Positions 31,241 through 41,107 of a stretch of 64,000 nt of DNA are shown piece after piece (positions within the stretch are counted from its first letter, which is position 1; each line of letters begins with the position of its first letter). A program made the translations under genes and the position numbers. This stretch comes from a bacterium. Lineage in GTDB: Bacteria; Bacillota_I; Bacilli_A; RF39; UBA660. The stretch lies in contig JAQXOT010000006.1 in the NCBI GenBank assembly GCA_029099845.1, forward strand, positions 230 through 64,229. Direction: 5' to 3'. The notes beneath the pieces were generated by a model. It ran no database searches. It saw only the letters and a program-made list of their open reading frames with translations, and was not told where the DNA came from.

Positions 31241-32017
31241 TTAAGCAATCTTTTCAATACTAGTATAACTATACATATTATCATCACCCAATACAAAGGT
31301 ATAAAGATATTTACTCTGATTTTCAAGAGAACCAGTAGCAGTTCTTTCTACGGTTAATTCCTCATATATCCTAACTGTATCGCCCTCTTTTTCAGCTTGA
31401 TAAATATTATAATTATATTTAAAAGCCTTAGAAAACTTTTGTTCACTACTATCCGTTGCTGATGAATATAAAACATAGGCATCTTGATCAGAATTATAAA
31501 TATAAATTTCTGAATCAGGATTAACTCGCATATTAATCGCCGTATTTAATGCTGCTTTATCACCAAATACTTCTTTATAAGATCTTTCAACATCTTCCCT
31601 CTTAACAAGCGTCTTATCACTACAAACAAGTTTTCCATAATAATTCTCTTGTGGTAATAATTCACAACTATCAGGTGCTAAAAAATCTGAAGCTTTTAAA
31701 TTTAAATAAGCCAACACTAATTTATTACTTTCAGTCATGTTTACGATTAAAGAACTATTCTCTCCCTCATACATCCAATAAGGAGAAGTAGACTTAAAAT
31801 CATGAACGCTTGTATATAAACTTTGAACTAAACGACTATTAGAATCAAGTTCTTCTAATTTGCCTTTACTATTACTAGACATAACACTATAAATAATAAG
31901 AATTACTACTAATACAATAACTCCAATTAAAACCCATAGAAAAAGGGAATTCTTCTTATTATTACCTCCAGGACTATTTGTTGCTGGAATATCATCAAAT
32001 TTCACTCTAATCACCAA
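31241..32017 (-). CDS. membrane-anchored hypothetical protein
   Basis: 258 aa with a single TM helix (LFLWVLIGVIVLVVILIIYSV), located between the two GT paralogs. Confidence 0.45.
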   Translation of the reverse strand: MVIRVKFDDIPATNSPGGNNKKNSLFLWVLIGVIVLVVILIIYSVMSSNSKGKLEELDSNSRLVQSLYTSVHDFKSTSPYWMYEGENSSLIVNMTESNKLVLAYLNLKASDFLAPDSCELLPQENYYGKLVCSDKTLVKREDVERSYKEVFGDKAALNTAINMRVNPDSEIYIYNSDQDAYVLYSSATDSSEQKFSKAFKYNYNIYQAEKEGDTVRIYEELTVERTATGSLENQSKYLYTFVLGDDNMYSYTSIEKIA

Positions 32018-32132
32018 CTATCATCATATATTAATATTATAAATCATCTAATATAATAATAACATATTATATCAAAAATAAAATGTTTTTATTAATAATA
32101 TTTTTATTTTTTTAAAAAAAGGAGATAAAAAA

Positions 32133-33209
32133 ATGAAAATTTGTGTTTATGCCATTTCTAAAAATGAAGAAAAATTTGCTCTTAGATGGATAAATTCTAT
32201 GAAAGAAGCAGATGAAATTTATGTTCTCGATACAGGAAGTACAGATAATACTGTAGAAATCCTTCGTAAAGAAAATGTTAATGTCACTATTATGCCAATA
32301 ACGCCTTGGCGCTTTGATATAGCTAGAAATGAATCTTTAAAATTAGTTCCAAAAGATGCAGATATTTGTGTCTGTACAGATTTAGATGAAGTTTTTGAAC
32401 CAGGTTGGCGAAAAAAATTAGAAGAAGCCTGGCAAGAAAATACAACCAAAGCCAGATATAACTATAATTGGAGTCTTGATGCTAATAATAATCCCAAAGT
32501 AAACTTCTACATAGAAAAAATTCACCAAAGGCAAGGCTATAAATGGATTCATCCAGTTCATGAAATATTAACAACAGAAATTTCCGAAAATATAATTACT
32601 TTAGATAATGTCACACTAAACCATTACCCAGATCTCAATAAATCAAGAAGTTCCTATTTACCATTATTAGAATTATCTATAAAAGAAAATCCAGCAGATG
32701 ATCGTAACATGCATTATTTAGGCCGCGAATATATGTATTATAACAAGTGGGAAAAAAGCATTGAAACCCTAAAAAAACATCTTCTACTCCCAACTGCTAC
32801 TTGGAAAGAAGAACGTAGTGCTTCTATGCGCTTCATTGCTAGATGTTACAAAAACTTAAAAAATTACAGTGAAGCTGAAGAATGGCTAAATAAAGCTATC
32901 AACGAAACACCCCATTTAAGAGATCCTTATGTAGAAAAAGCCCTTTTTACCTATCAATTAAAAAACTATCTTGAAACAGAAAAATATTGCCTAAAAGCGC
33001 TCACTATAAAACATCATCCCAAAACATATATAAATGAACAATTTAGTTGGGACGAAACCATCTATGATCTTCTAGCCCTATCTAACTACTATCAAAAAAA
33101 ATATAACTATGCTCTCTACTTTAATACCCTAGCACTAGAAATAAATCCTAATAACGAAAGGCTTTTAAATAATCAAAAAATCTACGAGCAAAAAGAAAAA
33201 GAAGATTAA
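32133..33209 (+). CDS. GT2-like glycosyltransferase with C-terminal TPR repeats (paralog 2)
   Basis: Collinear with 30106..31194. The N-terminal ~100 codons look about 80% identical at the DNA level by eye. Confidence 0.7.
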   Translation: MKICVYAISKNEEKFALRWINSMKEADEIYVLDTGSTDNTVEILRKENVNVTIMPITPWRFDIARNESLKLVPKDADICVCTDLDEVFEPGWRKKLEEAWQENTTKARYNYNWSLDANNNPKVNFYIEKIHQRQGYKWIHPVHEILTTEISENIITLDNVTLNHYPDLNKSRSSYLPLLELSIKENPADDRNMHYLGREYMYYNKWEKSIETLKKHLLLPTATWKEERSASMRFIARCYKNLKNYSEAEEWLNKAINETPHLRDPYVEKALFTYQLKNYLETEKYCLKALTIKHHPKTYINEQFSWDETIYDLLALSNYYQKKYNYALYFNTLALEINPNNERLLNNQKIYEQKEKED

Positions 33210-33274
33210 ACCAATTTAAAATAGTATTTCTTTTAACTAACATAATATAATAACCTCATTAAAGAGGTATTTTT

Positions 33275-33955
33275 ATGTATTTTATTCAAAAAAACTTAAC
33301 TAAACTTAATAATAATCAACATACTTTTTTCCTAGATCCCAAAGAACTAAAAGAAATTCAAAAAAAACTAAAATCAACTGAATATCATATATATTATCCA
33401 TATAAAGATAGTGAAAAAAATATTATATATAAAAATAAAGAACCTCAAATACTACTTTATGAAATAAAATCCAAGATCCCTCTTCGTCATCAAGATATCC
33501 TAGGAAGCCTTTATTCCTTAAATATTTCCAGTGAATTATTCGGTGATATTATTATTAATCAAAATAGATATTTTATTTATATTTTACCATTAATTTCATC
33601 ATACTTTGAAGCCAATTTTTTAACCATTAAAAATTTCCATATTACTTTAGAATTATTAGATATTAATTATTTAAAAGACTATGAAAGAAATTATGAAAAA
33701 ATAGAATTAATTGTATCCAGTACTAGAATTGATACTATTATTTCAAATATCTGTCACATAAGTAGAAGTAATATAAATAATATGATAAAGAAAAAGGAAA
33801 TCATTATAAACTATGATTTCCTAACATCAACATCTTATAAACTTAAAGAACATGATGTTTTTAGTATCAAAAAAGTTGGTAAATTTAAATATAATGGTAT
33901 ATTAAAAAGTACAAAAAGTAATAATTTAATTATAGAAATATTAAAATATATTTAA
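33275..33955 (+). CDS. YlmH-like RNA-binding protein with C-terminal S4 domain
   Basis: 226 aa. RIDTIISNICHISRSNINNMIKKKEIIINY is S4-like, and the overall layout matches YlmH. Confidence 0.6.
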   Translation: MYFIQKNLTKLNNNQHTFFLDPKELKEIQKKLKSTEYHIYYPYKDSEKNIIYKNKEPQILLYEIKSKIPLRHQDILGSLYSLNISSELFGDIIINQNRYFIYILPLISSYFEANFLTIKNFHITLELLDINYLKDYERNYEKIELIVSSTRIDTIISNICHISRSNINNMIKKKEIIINYDFLTSTSYKLKEHDVFSIKKVGKFKYNGILKSTKSNNLIIEILKYI

Positions 33956-35149
33956 TTATTCATATCTAATATCTATATCTACTAAATTATCATCAATACC
34001 AGAAACTTTTCCGTTATTACAAATCTGCCATACTTTATATTTTCCTTCATAATCAGTTTTTTTAGTATAATGAGCTAAAAAAATAGGATGAGAAATAGGA
34101 TACCAAATATTTTCTAAATAATTTTTTGAACTATAAAGCATTCCTTCGTAACCATTACTTTCTACTTCTAAAATAAAAGACTCAGCCATTTTTGTTAAAT
34201 TATAAAAACTCAAATCAAAATCTTGAAATAAAGACCAATTTTCCCAATCAAATACAATTTCTAATTGAACATCATATTTTTTTATTTGCTTTAAAACCCA
34301 CTTTGCCTCATTAATCGCATCAGAATAACTATTAGCATAAGAATAAAAATACACTCCAACAGGAATATCTACCGCATTAAAACCCTCTATATTTTGAATA
34401 AATTTTGAATCAAGAACATACCCGCCACCTATGCCGTTACCACGACCAACTCGAATATAAGCAAACTCAACCCCGGCTTTTTTTACTTCATTAAAATCAA
34501 TATCTCCTTGCCAATGTGAAATATCTATCCCAATTTTAGTATTAGCATTTTTATAATTATCAACAACAGAAGAAAAATCTGTTGTAGAAGTCTTACTAGC
34601 TATTCCTTTAGACTTTTCTTGCACATTTAAAATAAAATCATGACTTGCTATATTATGAGAAGAATCTTCAGCAACAAAACTAACATTATACTTTCCTACT
34701 TTATTTAAATCATAATTTCCAACAACTCTACATACCGGATTAGGATCATAATTATCCCCACAAAATAATTTTTTAGAAAGATCACCTTCATAAAATAAAT
34801 CAACATTATATACTTCAATTTGACTAATAATAGGCGGAGTCTTATCAACAATATCTATAGAAAAAGTATAATCTACTTTAATATTATCATCATTAATATA
34901 TGAAAAATTTATTGCTTTTTGTCCTAATTTAGATGTATCAATTCGAGGATTATCAATTAGCTTTCCATTTAAGCTTTCTATTAAATCAGCTAATCTAATA
35001 TCACTATAAACATCAACTTCCTTCGTCTTAATTTTAACAATTTTTAAAGCATTTTTTACTTGATAATGCCTATATCCCAAATATCCACCTATAAAAAGAC
35101 CACAAATAACTACTATAATAGCAAATACTATAAATAATTTTTTCTTCAT
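33956..35149 (-). CDS. membrane-anchored GH25 muramidase (lysozyme) with an Ig-like domain
   Basis: GIDISHWQGDIDFNEVKKAGVEFAYIRVG and FDWE motifs of GH25. N-terminal TM helix and a DKTPPII Ig-like segment. Confidence 0.82.
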   Translation of the reverse strand: MKKKLFIVFAIIVVICGLFIGGYLGYRHYQVKNALKIVKIKTKEVDVYSDIRLADLIESLNGKLIDNPRIDTSKLGQKAINFSYINDDNIKVDYTFSIDIVDKTPPIISQIEVYNVDLFYEGDLSKKLFCGDNYDPNPVCRVVGNYDLNKVGKYNVSFVAEDSSHNIASHDFILNVQEKSKGIASKTSTTDFSSVVDNYKNANTKIGIDISHWQGDIDFNEVKKAGVEFAYIRVGRGNGIGGGYVLDSKFIQNIEGFNAVDIPVGVYFYSYANSYSDAINEAKWVLKQIKKYDVQLEIVFDWENWSLFQDFDLSFYNLTKMAESFILEVESNGYEGMLYSSKNYLENIWYPISHPIFLAHYTKKTDYEGKYKVWQICNNGKVSGIDDNLVDIDIRYE

Positions 35150-35213
35150 CTAAAGCCCTCTTTCTTTATTAATTATAACATGTAAAAATATCAAAAAGAA
35201 ACATCTCAATAAA

Positions 35214-35240
35214 CAAAAAAATAGATCCGTTTGGATCTAT
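35214..35240 (-). terminator. rho-independent terminator after clpB
   Basis: On the minus strand: ATAGATCC-aaac-GGATCTAT followed by T7. The hairpin overlaps the stop codon. Confidence 0.6.
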
Positions 35241-37345
35241 TTTTCTTTCTTCATTATTACAAAGTCATCATCTATAACATCAACTAAAACAACATCACCA
35301 GGTTTAATTTTATTTTCAATAATTAACTTAGCTAAATCTGTCTCTATTGTCCTACTGACTAATCTTTTTAATGGCCTAGCTCCATAATTAGAATCAAATC
35401 CCTCATCAACTAGTTTTTTCTTAGCCTTAGAAGTAAGCTCAATTTTTAAATTCATGTCTGATAATCTATCTTCAATATTTCTAACTATTTTATCCAAAAT
35501 TTGCATAATGGCATCTTTATTTAAAGGTTTAAAGATAATTATTTCATCAATTCTATTAATAAACTCTGGTCTAAAATAATTTTTAACATCATCCATTACT
35601 TTTTTACTATCATCATTTAATATATGTTCACTTCCTAAATTAGAAGTCATAATAATAATAGTATTTTTAAAATCAACTGTACGTCCATTAGAATCAGTAA
35701 TTCTACCATCATCTAAGATTTGCAATAACAAATTTAATACTTCGGGATGAGCCTTTTCTATTTCATCAAATAAAACTATACTATATGGATTTCTCCTAAC
35801 AGCTTCTGTTAATTGACCACCCTCTTCATAACCAACATATCCTGGAGGCGAACCAATTAATCTTGAAACACTAAATTTTTCCATATATTCGCTCATGTCA
35901 ATTCGAATCATATGCTTTTCATCATCAAATAACTCATAAGCTAAAGTCCTAGCAACTTCTGTCTTACCAACACCAGTAGGTCCTAAAAACATAAATGATG
36001 CAATTGGTTTATTAGGATCTTTAATACCACTACGAGATCTAATTATCGCATCACTAACTAATTTTAATGCTTCATCTTGTCCCATAACTCTCTTACGCAT
36101 ATTATCCTCTAAATGTAATAGTTTTTCCCTTTCACTACTAAGTAATTTAGAAACAGGGATATTAGTCCATTTAGCAATAATTTTTGCAATATCATCACTA
36201 GTGACAGTATCACTTAAAATCTTATTTTTTTCAATATTATTTAAAGCCTCAAGTTCTTTTTCAAGTCTAGGAATTTCACCATGGCGAAGTATTGCAGCTC
36301 GCTCTAGGTCATACTTATTTTCAGCTTGGTCAAGTTCAAACTTAGCTTTTTCTATTTCCTTTTTCTTGACTTTAATATCTTCATTTAAACTTTTTTCTTT
36401 ATTCCAAGCCTCTGTAAGCTCTTTTTCTTTAACTTTCAAATCATCAAGTTGACTATCAATATCTTCTACTCTTTTTTTAGACATATCATCTTTTTCTTTG
36501 CGAAGTGCTTGTCGTTCTATTTCTAGACGCATAATTTTATGAGTCAAAGTATCAAGTTCAAATGGTACTGAATCCATTTGCACTCTAATTGTAGCACAAG
36601 CTTCATCCACTAAATCAATTGCTTTATCTGGCAAATAACGATCTGTTATATATCTATCAGCCAAAGTTGCTGCGCTAATAAGTGCCTTATCTTGAATACT
36701 AACACCATGATGAATTTCAAAACGTTCTTTTAAACCACGCAATATTGTAATTGTGTCTTCAACATTTGGCTCTGAAACTTTAATTTTTTGAAAACGTCGT
36801 TCTAGCGCACCATCTTTTTCAATATATTGACGATATTCATTTAATGTTGTTGCACCAATAACATGAATTTCTCCTCTTGCAAGCATTGGTTTTAAAATAT
36901 TAGATGTATCCATAGCACCTTCTGTTCGACCAGTACCAACAATCGTATGAATTTCATCAATAAACATTATAATTTGGCCTTCACTTTTCTTTACTTCGTT
37001 CAAGACATTTTTTAAACGTTCCTCAAATTCACCACGATATTTAGCTCCAGCAACTAATGCTGCCATATCAAGTTCCCAAATAATTTTATCTTTTAAACTA
37101 CTAGGAACATCACCTTTTACAATCCTAAGTGCAAGTCCCTCAACAATAGCAGTTTTACCAACACCAGGTTCACCAATTAATACGGGATTATTTTTAGTTT
37201 TTCTAGATAAAACACGCGTAATACTACGAATTTCTTCATCTCTACCAATAACAGGATCTATCTTGCCATTTTTGGCATCTTCAATAATATTACGACCATA
37301 TTTTTCTAAAACATTTTCTTCTTTTTCTTCTTGATAACCATACAT
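35237..37345 (-). CDS. clpB: ClpB disaggregase, naturally short form lacking the N-terminal domain
   Basis: 702 aa. Walker A motifs GEPGVGKT and GPTGVGKT and a long coiled-coil M-domain. The protein starts about 20 residues before [10 protein letters not shown]. Confidence 0.9.
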   Translation of the reverse strand: MYGYQEEKEENVLEKYGRNIIEDAKNGKIDPVIGRDEEIRSITRVLSRKTKNNPVLIGEPGVGKTAIVEGLALRIVKGDVPSSLKDKIIWELDMAALVAGAKYRGEFEERLKNVLNEVKKSEGQIIMFIDEIHTIVGTGRTEGAMDTSNILKPMLARGEIHVIGATTLNEYRQYIEKDGALERRFQKIKVSEPNVEDTITILRGLKERFEIHHGVSIQDKALISAATLADRYITDRYLPDKAIDLVDEACATIRVQMDSVPFELDTLTHKIMRLEIERQALRKEKDDMSKKRVEDIDSQLDDLKVKEKELTEAWNKEKSLNEDIKVKKKEIEKAKFELDQAENKYDLERAAILRHGEIPRLEKELEALNNIEKNKILSDTVTSDDIAKIIAKWTNIPVSKLLSSEREKLLHLEDNMRKRVMGQDEALKLVSDAIIRSRSGIKDPNKPIASFMFLGPTGVGKTEVARTLAYELFDDEKHMIRIDMSEYMEKFSVSRLIGSPPGYVGYEEGGQLTEAVRRNPYSIVLFDEIEKAHPEVLNLLLQILDDGRITDSNGRTVDFKNTIIIMTSNLGSEHILNDDSKKVMDDVKNYFRPEFINRIDEIIIFKPLNKDAIMQILDKIVRNIEDRLSDMNLKIELTSKAKKKLVDEGFDSNYGARPLKRLVSRTIETDLAKLIIENKIKPGDVVLVDVIDDDFVIMKKEK

Positions 37346-37379
37346 ATTATCACCCCTCTACTTACATTATACTCAAAAA

Positions 37380-37406
37380 TTAGCACTTGTCAATAGAGAG
37401 TGCTAA
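37380..37406 (-). promoter_or_regulatory. CIRCE (HrcA operator) overlapping the clpB promoter
   Basis: TTAGCACTT-N9-GAGTGCTAA. On the minus strand TTGACA sits in the spacer and TATAAT lies 16 nt downstream. Confidence 0.8.
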
Positions 37407-37455
37407 ATAATAAAAAAGAAAAAGTAACCCTTATTTAATATATGCGGATTACCTT

Positions 37456-38040
37456 TTACTTATTACAGCTACCTATATATTTTATATATAAATTTTTTAA
37501 ATTTTTCTTATTAATAGTTTTCTTAATACCCTGTTCGCTAACTTCAGTATAAATCTTAGTTAATAAAAAATCTATTTTAGGATTAACTTTAGCAAATTCC
37601 CTATTTTTCAACCAATAATTCAACTGATAACTAGGTGTCCACTTTTTTCCTTGATAGGTTAACCCCGCCGCTAAAGTATCACAAACCATTTCAATTAAAT
37701 ATTTATATGGTATAATTGGCGTTTCATTAGGTGCCGTATAGTCATTCCAATATTCATAATGATGTTTATTTCTGCCCTTATGATGTAGCCAAGCTTCCGA
37801 ATAACCCTTAACCTTTTTACAATTAATAATTGGACTATAGCCTTTACTATAATATCTAGCACTCTCTAAAAATTCTGTCGGTGAATATTTTGATAAATCA
37901 TGAACTAACCCTCTCCAAGGAATTCCCGCTCTCAAGCATAAAACAAAAACTTTAAATCGATGCTTATTAACATTATGTAAATGTGCAAAAAATTTCTTCA
38001 CTGTCAATTTATCATTAAACTTCATTATCTTCACCATCAT
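37456..38040 (-). CDS. hypothetical protein, His-rich helical (DUF5662-like impression)
   Basis: 194 aa with LVHDLSKYSP and WLHHKGRNKHHYEYW. The family assignment is from memory only. Confidence 0.4.
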   Translation of the reverse strand: MMVKIMKFNDKLTVKKFFAHLHNVNKHRFKVFVLCLRAGIPWRGLVHDLSKYSPTEFLESARYYSKGYSPIINCKKVKGYSEAWLHHKGRNKHHYEYWNDYTAPNETPIIPYKYLIEMVCDTLAAGLTYQGKKWTPSYQLNYWLKNREFAKVNPKIDFLLTKIYTEVSEQGIKKTINKKNLKNLYIKYIGSCNK

Positions 38041-38122
38041 AATTATAGCACGTCAAATACTTTTAGTAAATTATCCTAATTTTGTAGCCACTATTTTATT
38101 TTAATAAATAAAACAATTCAAA

Positions 38123-39601
38123 TTAACTACAAGATTTTTCTTCTACACCACCAGTTTTACTATCAGGGTCATATGAATACTCAATACACATTGATCCATC
38201 TTTAGAAAATTGAAATAATACATCACCATCATAATCCAAAGCAAAATTTAATTTTCCTAAACCCAAATCTTCCCCATACTCATAAACAACTTTACCATCT
38301 AACTGAATTAATTTCAAAAGAGAATCTTGTTTAACTAACACATAAGTTCCCCCAGATATGCCATAAACCTTATCATAACCTTCTGTTAAATATTTATTAC
38401 CAGAAAAATCATAAATAACATTATCATCACCAATTGTTGCCCACAAATAATTTCCACTTCTAAGTAATGAATCATTAGTAATTGGAATAACTTCTTTACC
38501 CGTTGTATAGTTAATAACTCCATACTTGTCACTCTTCCAAACAACAATATTACTACCCTTTAGTGTCTCAATTCTAAGTGGTGGACCTGAGGTACCCATC
38601 GTTAACTTAATAGCAACAGCATCATATCTAGGAGCAACAACTGCCTTAGAAGTTTCTAAATCATATATTCCCCATTTATCTGAAACATTAACAGCAACAT
38701 ACTTTGTATCATAATAATTATCAACATAAAAAGGCAAAACTCCAATATAATTAATTTTCTCTAATACTTTCTTATCAGTTTTAAAATTCTTCATTTGCAC
38801 ATTATAATCACTATCATAATAAAATACATAATCACTATAACCTAATAACGTTGGACTAGAATATTCCCCACCACAATGAACAACATATTCAGCAAAATCT
38901 GAAGTACTAATCGTATTAATTCCAATCTCACCAGTAGTATTATTAACATATACTTTAAACATAACATTAGAATCAAATTCTTCTTTAGGTTCTTGCTTTA
39001 TTCCATAACCATATTCCGTCATTTTACCATTAACAGAACAATTAGTTAAATATATTTTTCCATCATCATAAACTTCATAATCATTACAAACAACATCATC
39101 TTTTAATTTAACTAATTTATTAGCTTCATCAAAAGAAATAATTACTTGATTTTTCTGATAATAGTCACTAATAACTTCTTCTAAAGCTAGACCATAATCC
39201 GTAATCATTTGCTTTTTATCATCCTCACTAAGAACAATATCAGTTGTATCTTTATCTATATGATTCTTTTTCTCATTTTTCCTATTTATATTAAGAACTA
39301 CAATTAAAATAACAAATAAAATAACAACAATACAAATTAAAATAATCGCAACAACTTTCTTCTTATTGCCACCTTTTTTTCCTTCAGAAGTTTTTTCTTC
39401 CTCTACATTATCTTTCTTTTCAGCCTCATCTTCCAATAAATCATTGGCAAGATCACTAATTTCTTCTAATTCCTTAGTTCCATCTAAATCATCATCCAAA
39501 GTAGTCGAAGTAGAAGATAAATCAATTTTTTTAGTATTTTCCTCTACTTCATCACTTATTTCCTTTTTTTTAATATCATTATCGCCACTTTTATGTCCCA
39601 T
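38123..39601 (-). CDS. membrane-anchored protein with an acidic N-terminus and WG-containing repeats
   Basis: TM helix VVAIILICIVVILFVILIVVL. DKWGIYDLETSKAVVAPRYD and DKYGVINYTTGKEVIP resemble KWG/WG repeats. Confidence 0.45.
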   Translation of the reverse strand: MGHKSGDNDIKKKEISDEVEENTKKIDLSSTSTTLDDDLDGTKELEEISDLANDLLEDEAEKKDNVEEEKTSEGKKGGNKKKVVAIILICIVVILFVILIVVLNINRKNEKKNHIDKDTTDIVLSEDDKKQMITDYGLALEEVISDYYQKNQVIISFDEANKLVKLKDDVVCNDYEVYDDGKIYLTNCSVNGKMTEYGYGIKQEPKEEFDSNVMFKVYVNNTTGEIGINTISTSDFAEYVVHCGGEYSSPTLLGYSDYVFYYDSDYNVQMKNFKTDKKVLEKINYIGVLPFYVDNYYDTKYVAVNVSDKWGIYDLETSKAVVAPRYDAVAIKLTMGTSGPPLRIETLKGSNIVVWKSDKYGVINYTTGKEVIPITNDSLLRSGNYLWATIGDDNVIYDFSGNKYLTEGYDKVYGISGGTYVLVKQDSLLKLIQLDGKVVYEYGEDLGLGKLNFALDYDGDVLFQFSKDGSMCIEYSYDPDSKTGGVEEKSCS

Positions 39602-39694
39602 ATAATCACCTCTAATTATAAATTTAGTATATCAAAATCTTCTAATAAATACTACTGTAAAAAAATAAAATGTAGTACTCTACATTTCATTTTT

Positions 39695-40321
39695 TTACAT
39701 TTCATCATAAAATGGTGAATATTTTATACTATTTTGCTTATCCTGTATAATTTTACTATTATCTTTAGTTAATTTTTCTTCATAATAAGAAAACAACTCT
39801 TTAAAACGATTATAATGTACAATTTCCCTCTGTCTTAACCAAAGAAGTGGTCCAATAACATCAGGATCATCAGTTAAATCAATTAAATTTTCATAAGTTG
39901 CTCTTGCTTTTTGTTCTGCTGCCATATCTTCAGATAAATCAGCTAAAGGATCTCCTGTTGTTGCAAAATATGTGACTGTAAAAGGAACACCATTAGCATC
40001 AGTTGGATATAATGCCCTACTATGTTCTGCATAATGACTATCAAGTCCAGCTGCCCGTAATTCTTCTAAAGTAGCATCCTTCATAAGTTGATATATCATA
40101 GTTGAAATCATTTCAATATGACCAAGCTCCTCTGTACCAATATCTGTAAGTAAAGACTTACCTCTATTATCAGGCATTGTATATCTTTGATTTAAATATC
40201 TAAGAGCCGCACCAAGTTCACCATTAGCTCCCCCATATTGCGTAACCAAATATTTAGCCATACGCAAATCCTTTTTCTTTATATTGATTGGATATTGCAA
40301 TCTCTTATTATAACTAAACAT
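39695..40321 (-). CDS. cotJC: spore coat protein CotJC (manganese-catalase-like ferritin fold)
   Basis: MFSYNKRLQYP start; GELGAALRYLNQRY, EELGHIEM. The start overlaps the cotJB stop by 8 nt. Confidence 0.85.
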   Translation of the reverse strand: MFSYNKRLQYPINIKKKDLRMAKYLVTQYGGANGELGAALRYLNQRYTMPDNRGKSLLTDIGTEELGHIEMISTMIYQLMKDATLEELRAAGLDSHYAEHSRALYPTDANGVPFTVTYFATTGDPLADLSEDMAAEQKARATYENLIDLTDDPDVIGPLLWLRQREIVHYNRFKELFSYYEEKLTKDNSKIIQDKQNSIKYSPFYDEM

Positions 40322-40757
40322 AATATCTTTCCTCCCACGGCCAAGGCATCTTCTCCCAAGCAAAAGGTCCCTTTTCTAAACTATCACTATTAATACTTAA
40401 AGGACCATATTTAGCTTCATATTGCCTCATAATAGAATTAGCCTCACGTCTATAATCATTAAATAAAGAAAGCATACTCTCATCATTAGGATATAAATCT
40501 AAATACAAATTTAACTCATGAGCGGCAAAAGCAATCCGAGATAAATCTAAAAGTAGTTGCTCCTTTTCATTACCAGCAGTTAATACTGTTGGCCTATAAT
40601 TTTTATATTGGCTATACAAATTAGAATATAAATTACCATAATTATAGGCATCAGTAGGATTAAAAAGTTTAGAATTAACAATATTATTTATATATGAATT
40701 ATTATTAACATTCATATTTCTAAACCAATCATCATTTATAAAATTATAATTATACAT
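40314..40757 (-). CDS. cotJB: spore coat protein CotJB
   Basis: LLLDLSRIAFAAHELNLYLDLYPND...YEAKYGPL, typical of CotJB, with an N/Y-rich N-terminal extension. Confidence 0.78.
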   Translation of the reverse strand: MYNYNFINDDWFRNMNVNNNSYINNIVNSKLFNPTDAYNYGNLYSNLYSQYKNYRPTVLTAGNEKEQLLLDLSRIAFAAHELNLYLDLYPNDESMLSLFNDYRREANSIMRQYEAKYGPLSINSDSLEKGPFAWEKMPWPWEERYYV

Positions 40758-40912
40758 AATATCTCCCTTCCCTTTAATTTATGAAAAACAAAAAAACAAG
40801 TATAGATAAAAACCTAAAATAATTAAAAGAAAAACAAGACTTATGAAAAATAAATAAAAAAGACTTGCCAAAGACTACATTTATTGATAAAATAAATATG
40901 TATTTTTGACAT

Positions 40913-40989
40913 GGCGTCGTTGGTGAAGTGGTTAACACGCTAGTTTGTGGCACTAGTATGCAAGGGTTCGATTCCCTTACGACGCCCCA
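40913..40989 (+). tRNA. tRNA-His (GTG anticodon) with encoded G-1 and CCA
   Basis: Cloverleaf by hand: G-1, acceptor GCGTCGT/ACGACGC, anticodon stem CTAGT/ACTAG with loop TTGTGGC, T-arm AAGGG-TTCGATT-CCCTT, discriminator C, CCA. Confidence 0.9.
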
Positions 40990-40998
40990 GTTGAAAAC

Positions 40999-41033
40999 AA
41001 CTTACGAATCAAAATGGTTCGTAAGTTTTTTTT
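40999..41033 (+). terminator. rho-independent terminator after tRNA-His
   Basis: AACTTACGAA-loop-TTCGTAAGTT followed by T8. Confidence 0.7.
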
Positions 41034-41107
41034 ATGTCAAAAATTAAATTAATAAAACTAACCTATAATTTTTTATACTTATAATTAAACTATTAATTAA
41101 AAATAAA

